Part shown: piece after piece, positions 28,881 through 42,844 of the stretch
How the letters are laid out: each line of letters begins with the position of its first letter
Numbering within the stretch: position 1 is the stretch's first letter
DNA from: Octopus vulgaris
Lineage: Eukaryota
Assembly (NCBI GenBank): GCA_951406725.2
Contig: OX597832.1
Coordinates: forward strand, 64,046,001-64,110,000
Reading direction: 5' to 3'
Length of the DNA stretch: 64,000 nucleotides
Translations under genes and position numbers: made by a program
Notes under the pieces: model-generated
Databases searched by the model: none
Seen by the model: only the letters and a program-made list of their open reading frames with translations
Told to the model about the DNA's origin: nothing

Positions 28881-28954
<74 letters not shown>

Positions 28955-29528
28955 CGGCGTAGTACACCTTGTTCTCTTATATGTAAGTACACATTTTATA
29001 TATACATATATATATGTGTGTGTGTATATATATATATACTCCCTCCCCCTCATCTCATCTCATCACTCCCTCTGCCCTCACCCTCCTCTTCTCCTCCCCT
29101 CCTCTCTCTTCTCTCCCTTCTCACTCTCTCCACAACCCCCACTCTACCCCAACCCCCAGCCGAACCCACACCCCACATGGGCTTTCCCCACTCTCGCCCC
29201 CCACTTCCCCACAACGTCACACCACACTACACTACACCATACGACATTACACATCACATCACAACACACCACCCACAGCACACCGCCCACATTACACATC
29301 ACATCACATCACAACACAGCACCCACAGCAAACCACCCCCACACACATCCCCACATCTTTACACCTACACATAGATACACATATCATATCACAACACACC
29401 ACCCACACATACATACATACATACACACGTCCAGACCACTAGCCCTCTTTCACACGCACATACATACTCTCTTATACACACACGCACCTTCGTGTTGGGG
29501 CGAAGTCACTTGAGCGTGTTATCTCCCC

Positions 29529-29684
29529 TACTATCCCTCAAGCGTCTAACGTCTGACCTCTGACCTCTGAAGTCAGAACGCCATGATGGACCGTTAGCTC
29601 CTACACGCATTTTTTTTCTCTCCTTGTTTCTTTTCTGTGTATCTTTCTGTCGAAGAGTGTAGGCTCGAAACGTAAAAGACTTGT

Positions 29685-29725
<41 letters not shown>

Positions 29726-29999
29726 TGAGACACATAGCCTAGTGGTTAGAGCAGCGGACTCCCGGGTTCGAGCCTCAGACCAGACGATGTGTGTGTTCAT
29801 GAGCGAAACACCTAAGCTTCACGCGGCTCCGGCAGAAGGTAATGCCGAACGTCTGCTGACACTCTTCGACAGAAAGATACACAGAAAAGAAACAAGGAGA
29901 GAAACAAGGAGAGAAAAAAAATGCGTGTAGGAGCTAACGGTCCATCATGGCGTTCTGACTTCAGAGGTCAGAGGTCAGACGTTAGACGCTAGAGGGATA

Positions 30000-30002
<3 letters not shown>
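29529..30002. repeat. ~130-bp inverted repeat of a Penelope-type terminus enclosing an HHR variant and a SINE head
   Basis: 29529-29660 is the reverse complement of 29859-30002 (12-bp duplication in the right arm); tcttt-CTGTCGA-A-GAGT-gtag-GCTC-GAAAC-GTA-aaaga at 29642-29679; tRNA-like head at 29727-29858. Confidence 0.8.
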
Positions 30003-30052
<50 letters not shown>

Positions 30053-30170
30053 GATATGTGTATATATGTGTGCATATATTTATATAGTTATGTTTATATA
30101 CATATATATTTATGTATACATATATATGTATATATAGGTATATATATGCATATAAACATAAGTATATACG

Positions 30171-30213
<43 letters not shown>

Positions 30214-30254
30214 GTATATACATATATATGTATATATATATGCATATACGTATA

Positions 30255-30313
<59 letters not shown>

Positions 30314-30954
30314 TTATGTATATATGTATATGTATATATATACATGTGTACGTACATATATATATAAAGCCATACATGCATATAGATATAGCTATATATA
30401 TCATTCTTTGATATTAGTCCAAATTCATTAGACTAAATTTTGACCTAGATATGCCTATTATTCTTACCTGCGATAGTACCTTCGAACATCTCTCCCTCGT
30501 TGGTTTATTCGTACGTAAGCATGACAATGCGATGTTATTTGAGGAGTGTTTTCATTATTACGTTTCACCGTTTCAAGAAATGTATAAAGGTCATCTTCCA
30601 TTGACATTAGACACACACACACACACACACACATACACACACACACACATACACACACACACACATGGTGATTTTGCAGGCGATTTGATTACTATATCTA
30701 ACAGTTCAAGAACCCATACATGTTACACATATACATACATTTATTCGAGGCAATGCTACCAATATTATCATATACTACAGATATGTACATATATGTGTAC
30801 ATATATACGAATATATATGTATATGCGTGTATGCTTGTGTGTGTGTATATGCATATATCTGTGTATATATTTACATACTTATGTTTATATATGAGCATAT
30901 ATGTGGGTATATATACATATTATATATGTGTGTGTTTATATGCATATATACATG

Positions 30955-31005
<51 letters not shown>

Positions 31006-31401
31006 TACAAGTGAATAATTGAGGTATGTTTAACATTTGTTAATCACGTATTTGTTATATGCATCTGATTGCACCAGCGTCCAAGCAATTGACTCTTTAT
31101 CGCATTTGCATGAGAGAGATCGATAGGGATCAATATTGACCGGTCGATTCATTGATCACCATCTGCATAAGTTTACCACTAGTTTTAAGTCTGGCAATGG
31201 ATGTAGTGAATTGTGATAGATCAAGGACTTCACTAAACACACACATGCATATAAGCATATATATGTTTATACATATGTAGAAACACACATATATACATAT
31301 GTGTTTACACATAAGTGTATATATATGTATATATAAATATGTATGAGCAAAAGTTAGGTTAGTTTATATATATATATACATATATATAGCAAGCATATAT
31401 A

Positions 31402-32313
31402 CGAGAGTGTACCCAAAAGAAACCGGAATTTTGCAATATAATTTTATTGACTTGTTTGTACATGTTTACACTTTCATCTCTTTCTAAGTATTCTCCATTT
31501 GAAGCAATGCATCGGTACAGACGCGTTTTCCACTGTTCGAAGCAGCACTGGGACTCTTGTGAAGTGATGCCTCTTAACGCCTCTGTCGTTTTATTTTTTT
31601 CACCTCTTTCACATCTGCAAATTCCGTATCACCAGCTTCCGTAATCAATAACGAGACCTTCGAGAAAAGTTCGGGATCAACTTCCAGCCGTTTTTTCAGT
31701 TCACGACACACATTCAGGCGTGACTGCTTTTCATCTTCCATGAACAAGCGAGGTACAAATTTTGCTGCAACTCTTTTCAGTCGGAATTCCTCGCTCATAA
31801 TTCGTCTGCAGGAGTTCCAAGAGTCACCAGTCATATTAATAGGTTCATCAATTGTTCGGTAACGGCTCTCTAAGATAATTTCAACAATTTTCATGATGTT
31901 TTCATTCATTCGGCAGGTCGATGGTCGCCCTGATTGAGATTGGTTTTCAAGCGACAAGTCCCAATTCCTAAAGCGTGGAAACCACTTGTAAACTTGTGTT
32001 TTGTTCATGGTAGCCTCCTTGTAAGCTATTTGAGGCATGGGAAATGTTTCGGCCACCATTTTCCCTAGCAGAAAACAGAATTCCACGGAAGCACGCTGTT
32101 CCTTCGTTTCGGCCATCGAAAAAAAAAATCGACGAACTGGGGAGAAGCACTACAAAACAAAGACGCACCACGTGGTAGTAGGATTACAGTCGACGACGCC
32201 ATTTGGCAGACTAATGCCTGGGGATCGCATCAAGTGGCTTCTAGCGGTGGAAGCCTGAACTACAACAGACTTGTCCAAAAGAACGTTTCCGGTTACTTTT
32301 GGGTACTCCCTCG
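31402..32313 (-). mobile_element. Internally deleted mariner transposon with TIRs and TA TSDs
   Basis: TIRs cgagagtgtacccaaaagaaaccggaa / ttccggttacttttgggtactccctcg, with TA on each side. Confidence 0.92.
31574..32116 (-). pseudogene. Mariner transposase N-terminal (HTH DNA-binding) portion; catalytic domain deleted
   Basis: EQRASVEFCFLLGK...VYKWFPRFR...SGRPST...KRVAAKFVPRL, then a jump to C-terminal FADVKEVK. Confidence 0.85.
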
Positions 32314-32391
32314 TACATATATATATATAAGTACCACATTCATCTTAATATATATTTACATTTACATATATATATGTACTTGTATTTATAT

Positions 32392-32431
<40 letters not shown>

Positions 32432-33214
32432 TTGACAAATATTTCGTTGACGAAACTAGAATATTTTCTGTGTTCACTAACCTTAATCCAAGATTGAGAA
32501 ATAAGGTAAATTCATATTTCTGAATATTATGCATATCAATGTAAAGATAACGTATTTGATATGAAGAAGAAACAGTTCTGTTCCGCATACATCAAAATAA
32601 ATATACATATTCTACATATTTGGTATATCTAAATGTAATACATCTTTCCTCGTTTAACACAGGGTCTCGCATAAAAAATCCCAGCCATAAAGAAATCGGT
32701 AATAAATGAATCAAATTCACTCATTTATAAATGTCACTAAATAAAGATTTATTGACACCAAGACTCGTAACTTACATCAGGAAATCTTGCATCGTCACGT
32801 ATTTTCTTGATAATCTCTATAATTCTCTGTGAAGATACACTTGCTTGTGTCGTTTCTTAGCATCAGACGCCTTCGTATTTATTCTGTTCACTGGCGCCAT
32901 GTCAATGGGCGCACGTAAATCCGTATGAAAAAATACAGCCTCATTGCAAGGTCACATGAGCACAAGCGACATTCAGTGCATTTTGAGTAGCTAAGCATTG
33001 TGGGCGCTCGCTGGAGCGTGTTTTTGTGACCCAAGTGGAATTCTCGACTGATCGCCGAGCCGTGTTATCATAGATCAATCTGTGATAGACGTAACTCGAT
33101 TCACAATACGTGTACCGTCTCATCCCAGATCAATAACGAATGAACGAGTGATAAACAAGGCTACATGTATTTCGTTTCTGTCATGTGCATATTTTTTGTC
33201 TTCATCAAGAGTTG

Positions 33215-33685
33215 TCAATTAAATCGACCCCAGTGTTCAAGCGGTACTTATTTTATCGACACCCGAAACGATGAAAGGTGAAGTCGACCTCGGTGGAATT
33301 TGAATTTAGAAAGTAAATGCTAACGCTTTTGCAAGTTTGCCGCCTTCGACCGTTTCTTAATATTAAGAGGTTATGAGTTGGCAGAATTGTTAGCAAACCG
33401 GACAAAAGGCATAACGACCATTTCAACGTTCTGAGTTCAAATGTCGCCGAGGTCCACTTTACCTTTCACAGTCGATAAAATAAGTACTAGTTAAGCACTG
33501 GGGTCGATTTAATCGACTTTCGCCTATCACGAAAGTGCTGGCCTTGTTCCAAAATTTGAAACCAATATTCATGATTGAAATAGGGCGGTTAGCTGGCAGA
33601 ATCGAGGTCGATTTAATCGACTTTCTTCTCTCCCTAAATTGCTGGCCTTGTGTCAAAATTCGAAACGAATATTCATGATTGAAAT
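33215..33685. mobile_element. Head-to-head family B SINE copies with a duplicated tail
   Basis: Minus copy 33215-33345, plus copy 33365-33580; the tail gtcgatttaatcgacttt...aatattcatgattgaaat is repeated. Confidence 0.7.
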
Positions 33686-34540
33686 GTTGTTTTGACATTT
33701 GATATTGTATTAATGAAATAACTCAACTACAAGTAAAACCCAATGTTTAGCCAATTTTTGTGGTGTATTTAATTTTGGTGAACCCCAGAAGGCTGTGGTG
33801 TTTAAGAAAACGATAGCAAAAGAAAGTGGGAGAAGGTTTGAGAAAGACTGGTATGGCGCAATCAAGAACGATCTGTGATGACCGCTCACCACCACCACCA
33901 TCACCACCAACGGTAACAGTAGAAAGACCAACACTCTCGCCAAACCAATGCAGAAATACCAGATAAGCAAGGAAATGGTTTATCTGAAGCAATAGATCGG
34001 GTCTTTCGACTAAGTATGGACATGTTATAGCTCGGTGTGATCAAAAACTGATCAAAGCAGCAACAACAACGAGAATAATATTAACAACAACAGCACCACC
34101 ACCGCTCTACGGCTACAATCCGAATTACAAAAAAAACAAAAGAAATCAACGGCTATAACAACAACAATAAAAATGATGATATAAGAATATATTTGATTAT
34201 GAAATACCATAAACCTAACAAACTAAAAACAAATAGTACCCCACCCAACAGCGGTGCGAAAAATACTGAAACTTAAAACACAAAGAAACGTAAAAATCAA
34301 TCAGCTTCGATGAAAATTCATTGCTTGTACAAATCAGATCGATGTTAATAGGTGGGAATAATACAAATTGTTTATAATGATAGCGAAGCATACCATTGAC
34401 CTAATCTTTATGCATGGATATATATATACACACACATACACCCACCCATCAACGTGTGTGTGTGTGTATGGAATGTGTGTACTAATATTTATTTAAAAAA
34501 ATGTTCTGTACACACACACTCACACTCATATATTAATGTC

Positions 34541-34645
<105 letters not shown>

Positions 34646-34712
34646 CTTACTTGGAAGAGGATGCGTGGCGTTCAATCATATAATAATATAAATAATATAT
34701 ATATGCATATAT

Positions 34713-34766
<54 letters not shown>

Positions 34767-34971
34767 ATTTACGGCTATGTATTTATATATATGTGTGCGT
34801 TGTGTGTTATGTATATATGTATATTTATGTCTATGCATGTGTGAAGTTACATTTATAAATACTTATACATATTTACACTCATATGTACACGCGTGTAAGT
34901 GTATACACCTGATTGTATGTGTATGTGTGCATTTATATACAGACACACACACGCGCACACGCACGCACACA

Positions 34972-35021
<50 letters not shown>

Positions 35022-35531
35022 CATATATCTGCATGTCGTTGCATTTATAAACGTGTATATATATTTATGTATGTGTGTGTGTGTACTCACCCGCACGTAT
35101 TTACACAGACACATAAATATATACATAGAAATGCATATATTGGCATTAGTCAGTCACATATTCAGTACTTCAATACTTCATTGTAAGCTGTTTTACCAAC
35201 TTTCCCTTGAACAGATAACCCCAGGTTTCGCCCACACACAGACACACACACACGCAATTTAATATTTACACATCCATGTGTATATACACTCACCTATATA
35301 CAGTGGTGTATTTAATGTGATTGTCCAATGCCTCTATACGGTTCATTAGTTACCTTTCATGTATGTCACCTGTTATTGTCCTGTCAAAATGGACGTTCAT
35401 TCACGATATATTTGTATCATGGAGCGCATGTCTTGCTTTAGAAGATATATATTTTTGTAATGTATATATGTAATCGGTATGTGCGCGTATATAAGTATGC
35501 GATGAGTGAATACATGCATTTTTGTGTGTAG

Positions 35532-35584
<53 letters not shown>

Positions 35585-35735
35585 AATAAATATACACACA
35601 CACATACACACACATACATATATATAAATATACATATACATATATACACATATATATATATATATATACTAATATACGCATATATACATATATAAAAACA
35701 CACATATATATACACATGTATATATACACATATAT

Positions 35736-35766
<31 letters not shown>

Positions 35767-36169
35767 CATCTAATATAGATACATATAAGTATATATACAT
35801 ACATACATATATTTATATATATATATATATATGTGTGTGTGTACGTATATATGCATATATGGGGACACAAGTATATTTATATATATTATGGTATGTATAC
35901 TTTTCTTACATAAGTAAAGTTCTTTGCAGACTTGAAGTTGTTCACTAGCAAATTGACAAGGCTTTTTTGTTCGTGTCAAGACAACTGCAGGTATTTGTGA
36001 TTACGTGAGAGCGAGTGCGTTTGCGCAAACCTGTGTGTGCAGGTGTATGTGTAGATATGCTTCGATTTATGTTAAGCGGGTGCATATCTCAGCGCATTTG
36101 ACTGCGCGTTTTGTATGTACGCATGTATGTAGGCAGCTTACTGTGTGCATACGTCTATTCTAAGAAACT

Positions 36170-36830
36170 CAAATGAAGAGTCTGAAATCTTTATAAATCT
36201 TCAGTGTACCATTACTCGATCGGATTTGTAAGATACAATCAATTTGTTTTGTTCTTTCTTTGAAAAATCTCCAAAAATGTTATGTAAATCTGTTGTTACA
36301 TAGGCCAGTATGTCTCCCGTAAATTGAACGAATACAATCCTGCAGCCTCAACAGAAGAGCTCCAGGTTCCTCTTTATATCACCATAGAACCACAAATAGT
36401 CTCTTGTCCAAGAGTTTTATACGTGACATTCACATTTACCGGATGTCTGACCTTTACTGCTGTGCATGGTACTGGTTCCTTACCCGTACCGGGTGGTTGA
36501 ACTCTTTTGGAGTACATAATTCTGGTTTCTTGTCCATGTCTGGTAGCTTTGGTCCCCTACCCAAACCAGATAACTGCTCATGAAACGACATCAGGTCTGT
36601 TATATATGTATGATATTCTCACCAGATTGCTGCTTTTATTGGCATGTTCCAGCAGCATTCAGTTTCTGGTATGTGTTTGGCATGGCTGGCAGTTGGGAAA
36701 TATATCCAGCAGAATAAATTATAAATTGTTTGCACAACAATATCATGCCTAATGGATTAATTAGCATATTGCAGACATTTCGTTCTCGTGTGTTGGTGGC
36801 AGTGTGTGTAGCTGCTGATCATTTAGGACA
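36170..36830 (-). pseudogene. Old R4/Dong-like LINE endonuclease remnant
   Basis: IRHDIVVQTIYNLFC, IW*, NRPDVV and YGDIKRNLEL...FSKKEQKQ...LQIRSSNGTLKIYKDF appear in the order expected for an RLE domain. Confidence 0.6.
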
Positions 36831-37581
36831 GTGAACCTCAGCCAGTTTTTGCCTATGAACCATTTTGATTCCAACTTTAGTTTCCTGAACACCCACAGAC
36901 ATTGAATGTTTTAAAGAAATCCCATTACATTTTTGTAGTTAGATATTGGGAATACTATAAAAAAATTTGTTACAAAATTTCGTGTATCTTAGAAATGTAA
37001 CCAGTTTATCTCGATAAACTTTAATAACAAAATCCTATATGGATCCCTAACCGACCGTATGGACATTTAAGGGACATATGAACCCTAAGGGCCAAACGAA
37101 CCCCGATTGAGAACCACTGAAGGGGACTCTTATCTTGCTCTGTTTGCAATTGATATTTTCTATTAGAAGTTGGAGGTTTGGCGGTGATATTGTGTTATTT
37201 ATGTCTTGGAGGGAGCTGGAATCTTTCACTTCTTATTTTTACTCATTAACTCGCATCCATGCTGGAGCACCATCTGAGAGGATTTAGTTAATCCAAGTGA
37301 TCGTCGCCCCTACTGGGATAATTCTTTTTCGGAAGTGTTTGATCATTTATATTTTTTGCAGAATCGCTAATTTATGGGGATGTGACCAAACCTACATCAA
37401 ACTATAAGCGTACATACAACATTTATGTACATACACAAAAGGCTTCCGTGCAGTTTCTGCAAGCCAAATTTTCATATAAGAGCCTGGTCGGTCTAGAGTT
37501 ATACTAGAAAATATCCGCGGCCTGGAACTAAACTCGAAATCATGAAGTTTGGAATTAGATTTCATTCGTGCTTGCGTTTAT

Positions 37582-37612
<31 letters not shown>

Positions 37613-37617
37613 GAGAC

Positions 37618-37694
37618 AGACAGCTCGACCTCTCTTTTCTCCCATACACACATACATAATATATACATATATATAACACTATATATATATATAC

Positions 37695-37726
<32 letters not shown>

Positions 37727-37842
37727 TTATACATATATATACATGTACATATATACATATCCAGTTACATTTAAACTATATACACACAATATGTATATAT
37801 AAAGGTATATATATATCATATGTGTATATGTATATATATATA

Positions 37843-37889
<47 letters not shown>

Positions 37890-38280
37890 AATGTATATAC
37901 ATACAAACAAGATATCTATCTACAATTATATTTAGACTCTCTCTCTCGTTACACACGCACAGCTTGACCTCTCTTTTTCCCCTACACACAGACATACACA
38001 TATGCATAATATATACATATATATATAACACTATATATATGTATACGTATACTTATCCAATTATATTTAAACTATATACACACAATATGTATATATGTAT
38101 ATAAAGGTATATCTATATATATATATCATATGTGTATATGTATATATAAATATTGTATATATATATATAATGTATATATACATATATACATAAATGTATA
38201 TACATATACATACAAACAAAAGATATCTATCTACAATTAAATTTAGACACTCTCTCTCTCTTGTTAGGCACACACACACA
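37618..38280. repeat. Diverged ~340-bp tandem duplication of microsatellite-rich DNA
   Basis: Anchors cagct(c/t)gacctctctttt, tttaaactatatacacacaatatgt and agatatctatctacaatta each occur twice in the same order. Confidence 0.75.
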
Positions 38281-38450
38281 CACACATACACTTTAGCAAT
38301 AGATAAAGTAGGGTTGTACGTTAAATCTCTGTTTACATTGGAGTCAGTGATTTCTGATTTCCAAAGTGAACATGAAAGGACGTTTATTATTCGCTTTCAT
38401 CTTCACTTTGTTGAACTGAACTAACGATATGTTTTTAAAAAATTTAAAAC

Positions 38451-38483
<33 letters not shown>

Positions 38484-38600
38484 ACACACACACACACGCA
38501 CGCTCACAAATACACACACATTGTCTTAACACGGCGAATAATGCGAACACTGTTAGTTCATTGTATGTAATATATATATACATGTGTATATATATATATG

Positions 38601-38653
<53 letters not shown>

Positions 38654-38656
38654 GTG

Positions 38657-38688
<32 letters not shown>

Positions 38689-38693
38689 TATAC

Positions 38694-38724
<31 letters not shown>

Positions 38725-38736
38725 CATGTGTATATA

Positions 38737-38776
<40 letters not shown>

Positions 38777-38782
38777 CATATG

Positions 38783-38845
<63 letters not shown>

Positions 38846-39018
38846 GTGTGTGTGTGTATAGATATACATATATGTATGCACTCATACATTTAATCAGATA
38901 AATATATATGTAAGAATATATAAAGTGTCTGTATGCATATATATATGCATGCATATATATAGATATACATATATAGATATGTTGCGCATTCTGTACGCGT
39001 GTGCATGCATGCATGTGT

Positions 39019-39057
<39 letters not shown>

Positions 39058-39742
39058 GCTCTCGATCACTACCGATCATGACAGCTTTTATAGTTATTTA
39101 ACTGCCTCCCTCCAGGCATCTTTTTGATCAGCTACGGATGTCCATGACACCACATTTCCAAATCTCATTTTGTTTCTTTTCACATCTAAGTTCCCCGTGG
39201 CTCCCATATATGTTACATTTATACAGCAGGCGAGATCGTCAGCTCTGTCTTTGCTCTTTTGATACTGATAAGTGTCTGCTGTTGACGTTGTTATTTAGCT
39301 TGAGGTCAACTCCGACCGCGTAGCCGTTTTGTCGTAGGCACTTCAACTTTTTGCTTGAAGGTATCTTGGACTCTATTACTTAATGTGTCCCCTTTTGCCT
39401 AAAACGCTCTCATGTATGATTGAATGGATATTTGGTTCGGTATTTCTAGTTGATCCGGGACCCAGCCTACCAGCTACAGGAAAAAGAATTGGAACCCCAT
39501 CATGCAGCCTGGTGTAGTCAACCAAGGGTAACACGAGAACGACCCTTTGGTATGAAACCCGAGGAGAGAAGGACGATACCTGGTGATGGTGGTGTTGGTG
39601 GTGGTAGTCGTTGATTGAATCAATCGCTAGTGTTTTATAGTAACGATATAATAAATCTAGATCTGGCAAAGATATTGATATGGCAACGATATGAATATAG
39701 TAACAATACAGATACAGCACCGATATGGATATCGTTACTGTG

Positions 39743-40076
39743 AAGGCGCATGGCTCAGTAGTTACAGCGTCGAGCTTACGATCGTGAGGTTGTGAGCTCG
39801 AATCCCGGACCGGGTTGCGCGTTGTGTTCTTGAGCAAGACACTTTATTTCACGTTTCTCCAGTTAACTCAGCTGTAGAAATGAGTTGTGACATCACAGGT
39901 GCCAAGCTGTATCGGCCGTTGCCTTTCCCTTGGATAACATCGTTGGCGTGGAGAGGGGAGGCCGGTATGCATAGACGACTGCTGGCCTTCCATAAACAAT
40001 CTTGCCCAGAACTGTGCCACGGAGGGTAACTTTCTAGGTGCAATCCCATGGTCTGTGTCGTGACCGAAAGGGGTCT
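39743..40076 (+). mobile_element. Full-length tRNA-derived SINE (family C)
   Basis: aggcgcatggctcagtagttacagcg...gctcgaatccc head; gttcttgagcaagacactttatttcacg body. Confidence 0.85.
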
Positions 40077-40173
40077 CAGAATATCGTTACTATATCTATT
40101 GTAGATAAAGATATAATAACGATAGAGATATGATTGATCTAGATATAGTAAGTCTAGATGTCATAGTATCAAC

Positions 40174-40458
40174 TAGACCACCAGATGCTGTTATACACCG
40201 TAGGTCACAATGAGCTTGCAATTCTGTCTCAATTGCGCCATTCATTTCCATGACTAAAATTGCTTGTCTAAGTCATTTTTCAAACGTTGTGGTGTCCTTC
40301 CAGTTCGCCTTTTCCGATCTCTTGGATACCACACAGCAACTGCATGGGTCTGCCTTTTGTCTGTGAACCTTGCGACATGTCCAGCTCAGTGGAAATTGCG
40401 CATACGGTACTTTGTGACCACATCGTTTACTCCGCTCCGTTCTCGAATTATAACATTT
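40174..40458 (-). pseudogene. RTE-clade LINE 3' fragment
   Basis: IRERSGVNDVVTKYRMRNFH*AGHVARFTDKRQTHAVAVWYPRDRKRRTGR matches the RTE C-terminal WAGHVAR...W.PR..KR..GRP pattern. Confidence 0.8.
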
Positions 40459-40588
40459 TGAAATTGTTCTCGAAGTCTAGATATACTAACGATTACGCCG
40501 CTAGGACAATTACAGCTGCCTTCCATAGGACAGTTCCTCCCGACGACAACTACCCCTTGGGATAATTACCCCTCTTGGGGCATCTGCT

Positions 40589-40939
40589 CGGCCTGCGAGA
40601 TTCCCAGATGTCACCGTGCATGATTCTTTTTCTTGTGGGGGTATGTAAAAGTTCGCGTTTATCTTCCACCACTACCCACGGACCTCGATGACCTTAAACA
40701 TCGAATGACAACAGCGATCAACTCAGTGGATCGTGATATGCTGATACGAGTCTGGGAGGAATTCTCTTATCGCATTGATGTTGCCCGTGCTACAGGTGGT
40801 GGCCACATTGAACACTTGTAACACAGGAAATAAAAGTTGATTGTGAGTAAATACTTCTGACTTAGCTGGAGTTTTCTATTACTTTTGCTTATCAAAATAT
40901 TGCGTAATGAACTCGGTTCATTATTTTTGAATAACCCTG
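40589..40939 (+). mobile_element. Tc1/mariner-superfamily 3' fragment with right TIR
   Basis: (W)PARFPD...FLWGYVKVRVY...LDDLKHRM...GGHIEHL*; ends ttgaataaccctg|ta. Confidence 0.85.
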
Positions 40940-42246
40940 TATATCATTACCATATGTCTATCTATTGACTATATATCGTTACTGAGTCTAGGACATTTAA
41001 CCACCATGGAAAATAACCCCCACCAAGGACATATACCCTTGAGGACAACAGATGATTTAAAACTTCTTAATATGTTGGAGAGGGGGTAATTGTCTTTATG
41101 GGGTTATTATAGTCAATAGATATGCATATGGTAATGATATAGATATATCAGAAATATAGATATAGTAAGAATACAGACGTTTTTGAAAAATGTATAGAAT
41201 ATATAGATATAATAACAATCCAAGGAATAAGCCTGAAAGTTGTCGCTGAACTCATTACAAAAAATTAGACACGAAATCTTCAGTCACGGTTTAAAGTCTT
41301 ATTGAAAAGACGCAGCAGATGATTGCTTATGGATTAATTGCAAAGAAAGGCAGGTTATGTGTGCCCTTATCAAAAGGAGCTCTTGGATTGGTTGTGATTT
41401 TAACTGGAGAAATAATCCACAGCTCAAGGATTATCCTTGTTCCCGCCCAAGCGTGGCTCTAATGTTTAGACGGATTCTGATTCTACTGAAGGTACCAATA
41501 AAAGCCCAGTGAGTTCTAGGTGTCTGAGATGAGTTCCATATACGTTAAATCCCTACAAATAGATACGTCTAAATACAATGAGATATTGTTACATTTGGAA
41601 CGCCATGAATGTTAGGTTTACTCAGCCACGTGCTGAGTATCACGGTGCTAAACATAGCAAGTATTTGCTTGGCGCGGGAAATGATAAATTATTGATATTC
41701 AGCATATCTATAACTAGGTATGTCTAAATAGTCATGGCTGGAATACCCTCGATTATATTTCTGCTTAATCACGTGCTAAACAACAACAACTAATACTACT
41801 ACTATTACTAACATAATAATAATAAATATTTCTTTGTTGTTGCCAGATAATGAAATCAACCAACCAGCCAATCGGACAACTCAAAAACTGAACGAAACAA
41901 CCAAAATATGCTAAATGTTCTCTCTGACTAAATATTGTCTATTATGGACAGCCATTATACATGGAGACCATTCTCGTTAGTAAGAACTGCCAGAATTTAT
42001 TGCTGTTGCCAACATCATCACTGTTAAAACTATTGATTCCACCTTATTATTATTGGACTGACAATAATAATGTAAAATTTTCGCTGATGTTTATAATAGA
42101 TAGGGCGTTTTGTAAGGCAAATATATACAAATTTACACATGTATACATACTGATAGACTCTCCCTCTCTCTCTCTCTTAGACACACATATGTATGTGTGT
42201 GTGTAAGTGTGAGTGCATATATATATAAATATATATATATATATAT

Positions 42247-42410
42247 GACATGTGACAATTATTCGGGTGCTATAATAAAACTCAGGGTTCCGGCATGTCG
42301 TCAGTTATTAAGACAAACTTAATGACTAACGAGATGCCGGAGCAGACTTCCGCCCCGACATCCGAAACTCTGAGTTTTATTATGGCAACCGACTAATTCT
42401 GACATATGAT
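42247..42410. repeat. Imperfect palindrome made of two divergent hammerhead remnants
   Basis: Minus 42273-42310 taataa-CTGACGA-catgccg-GAAC-cctga-GTT-ttatta; plus 42320-42382 taatga-CTAACGA-GATGCCGG..CCGACATC-c-GAAAC-tctga-GTT-ttatta. Confidence 0.7.
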
Positions 42411-42481
42411 ATTATAGATAAATGCCTCTATTTACATAGTATCGAGTTCTCATTCTTTCTTTTGTTGTCATACTATTACTA

Positions 42482-42541
<60 letters not shown>

Positions 42542-42574
42542 AATATACATACATAAACATACATGCATACTTCA

Positions 42575-42611
<37 letters not shown>

Positions 42612-42616
<5 letters not shown>

Positions 42617-42811
42617 ATCCAAACAAGAAATCACAAAAAAAAACACAACAACGCGAGGACGTGGAACAAATATAGTATTATTGGACGCTCAGGAAAGAAG
42701 GAAAGAAGGAGGGTTTAACGTTTCGAGCGGAGCTCTTCGTCGGAAACATAGAAGAAGGAAAGATCCAGAGAAGGGAAGACAGGAAAAAATCGCCAACGGT
42801 ACACACGCGAT

Positions 42812-42819
<8 letters not shown>
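42612..42819 (-). mobile_element. Penelope-type terminal fragment with a minimal hammerhead (42713-42747, U4C core)
   Basis: Reverse strand gttt-CCGACGA-A-GAGC-tcc-GCTC-GAAAC-GTT-aaac; (TA)n on both sides. Confidence 0.7.

Positions 42820-42844
<25 letters not shown>

Larger units (their letters stand above)
27863..28886. mobile_element. Inverted plus tandem multimer of a 362-bp hammerhead unit in (TA)n
   Basis: About 1.3 units in - orientation (27863-28331, period 362) joined to about 1.5 units in + orientation (28332-28886); copies almost identical. Confidence 0.9.

Noticed and set aside
27863-28886. CRISPR-like or prokaryotic repeat array
   Set aside because: The repeats are whole 362-bp units without unique spacers, in a clearly eukaryotic context
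30464-30610. Minus-strand segment with a perfect cag|gtaag donor and NNENTPQI peptide
   Set aside because: No acceptor or polypyrimidine tract, and only a superficial match to cadherin DxNDNxP
41330-41410. Minus-strand LPFFAINP cadherin-like peptide
   Set aside because: Immediately followed by a stop, with no GT donor
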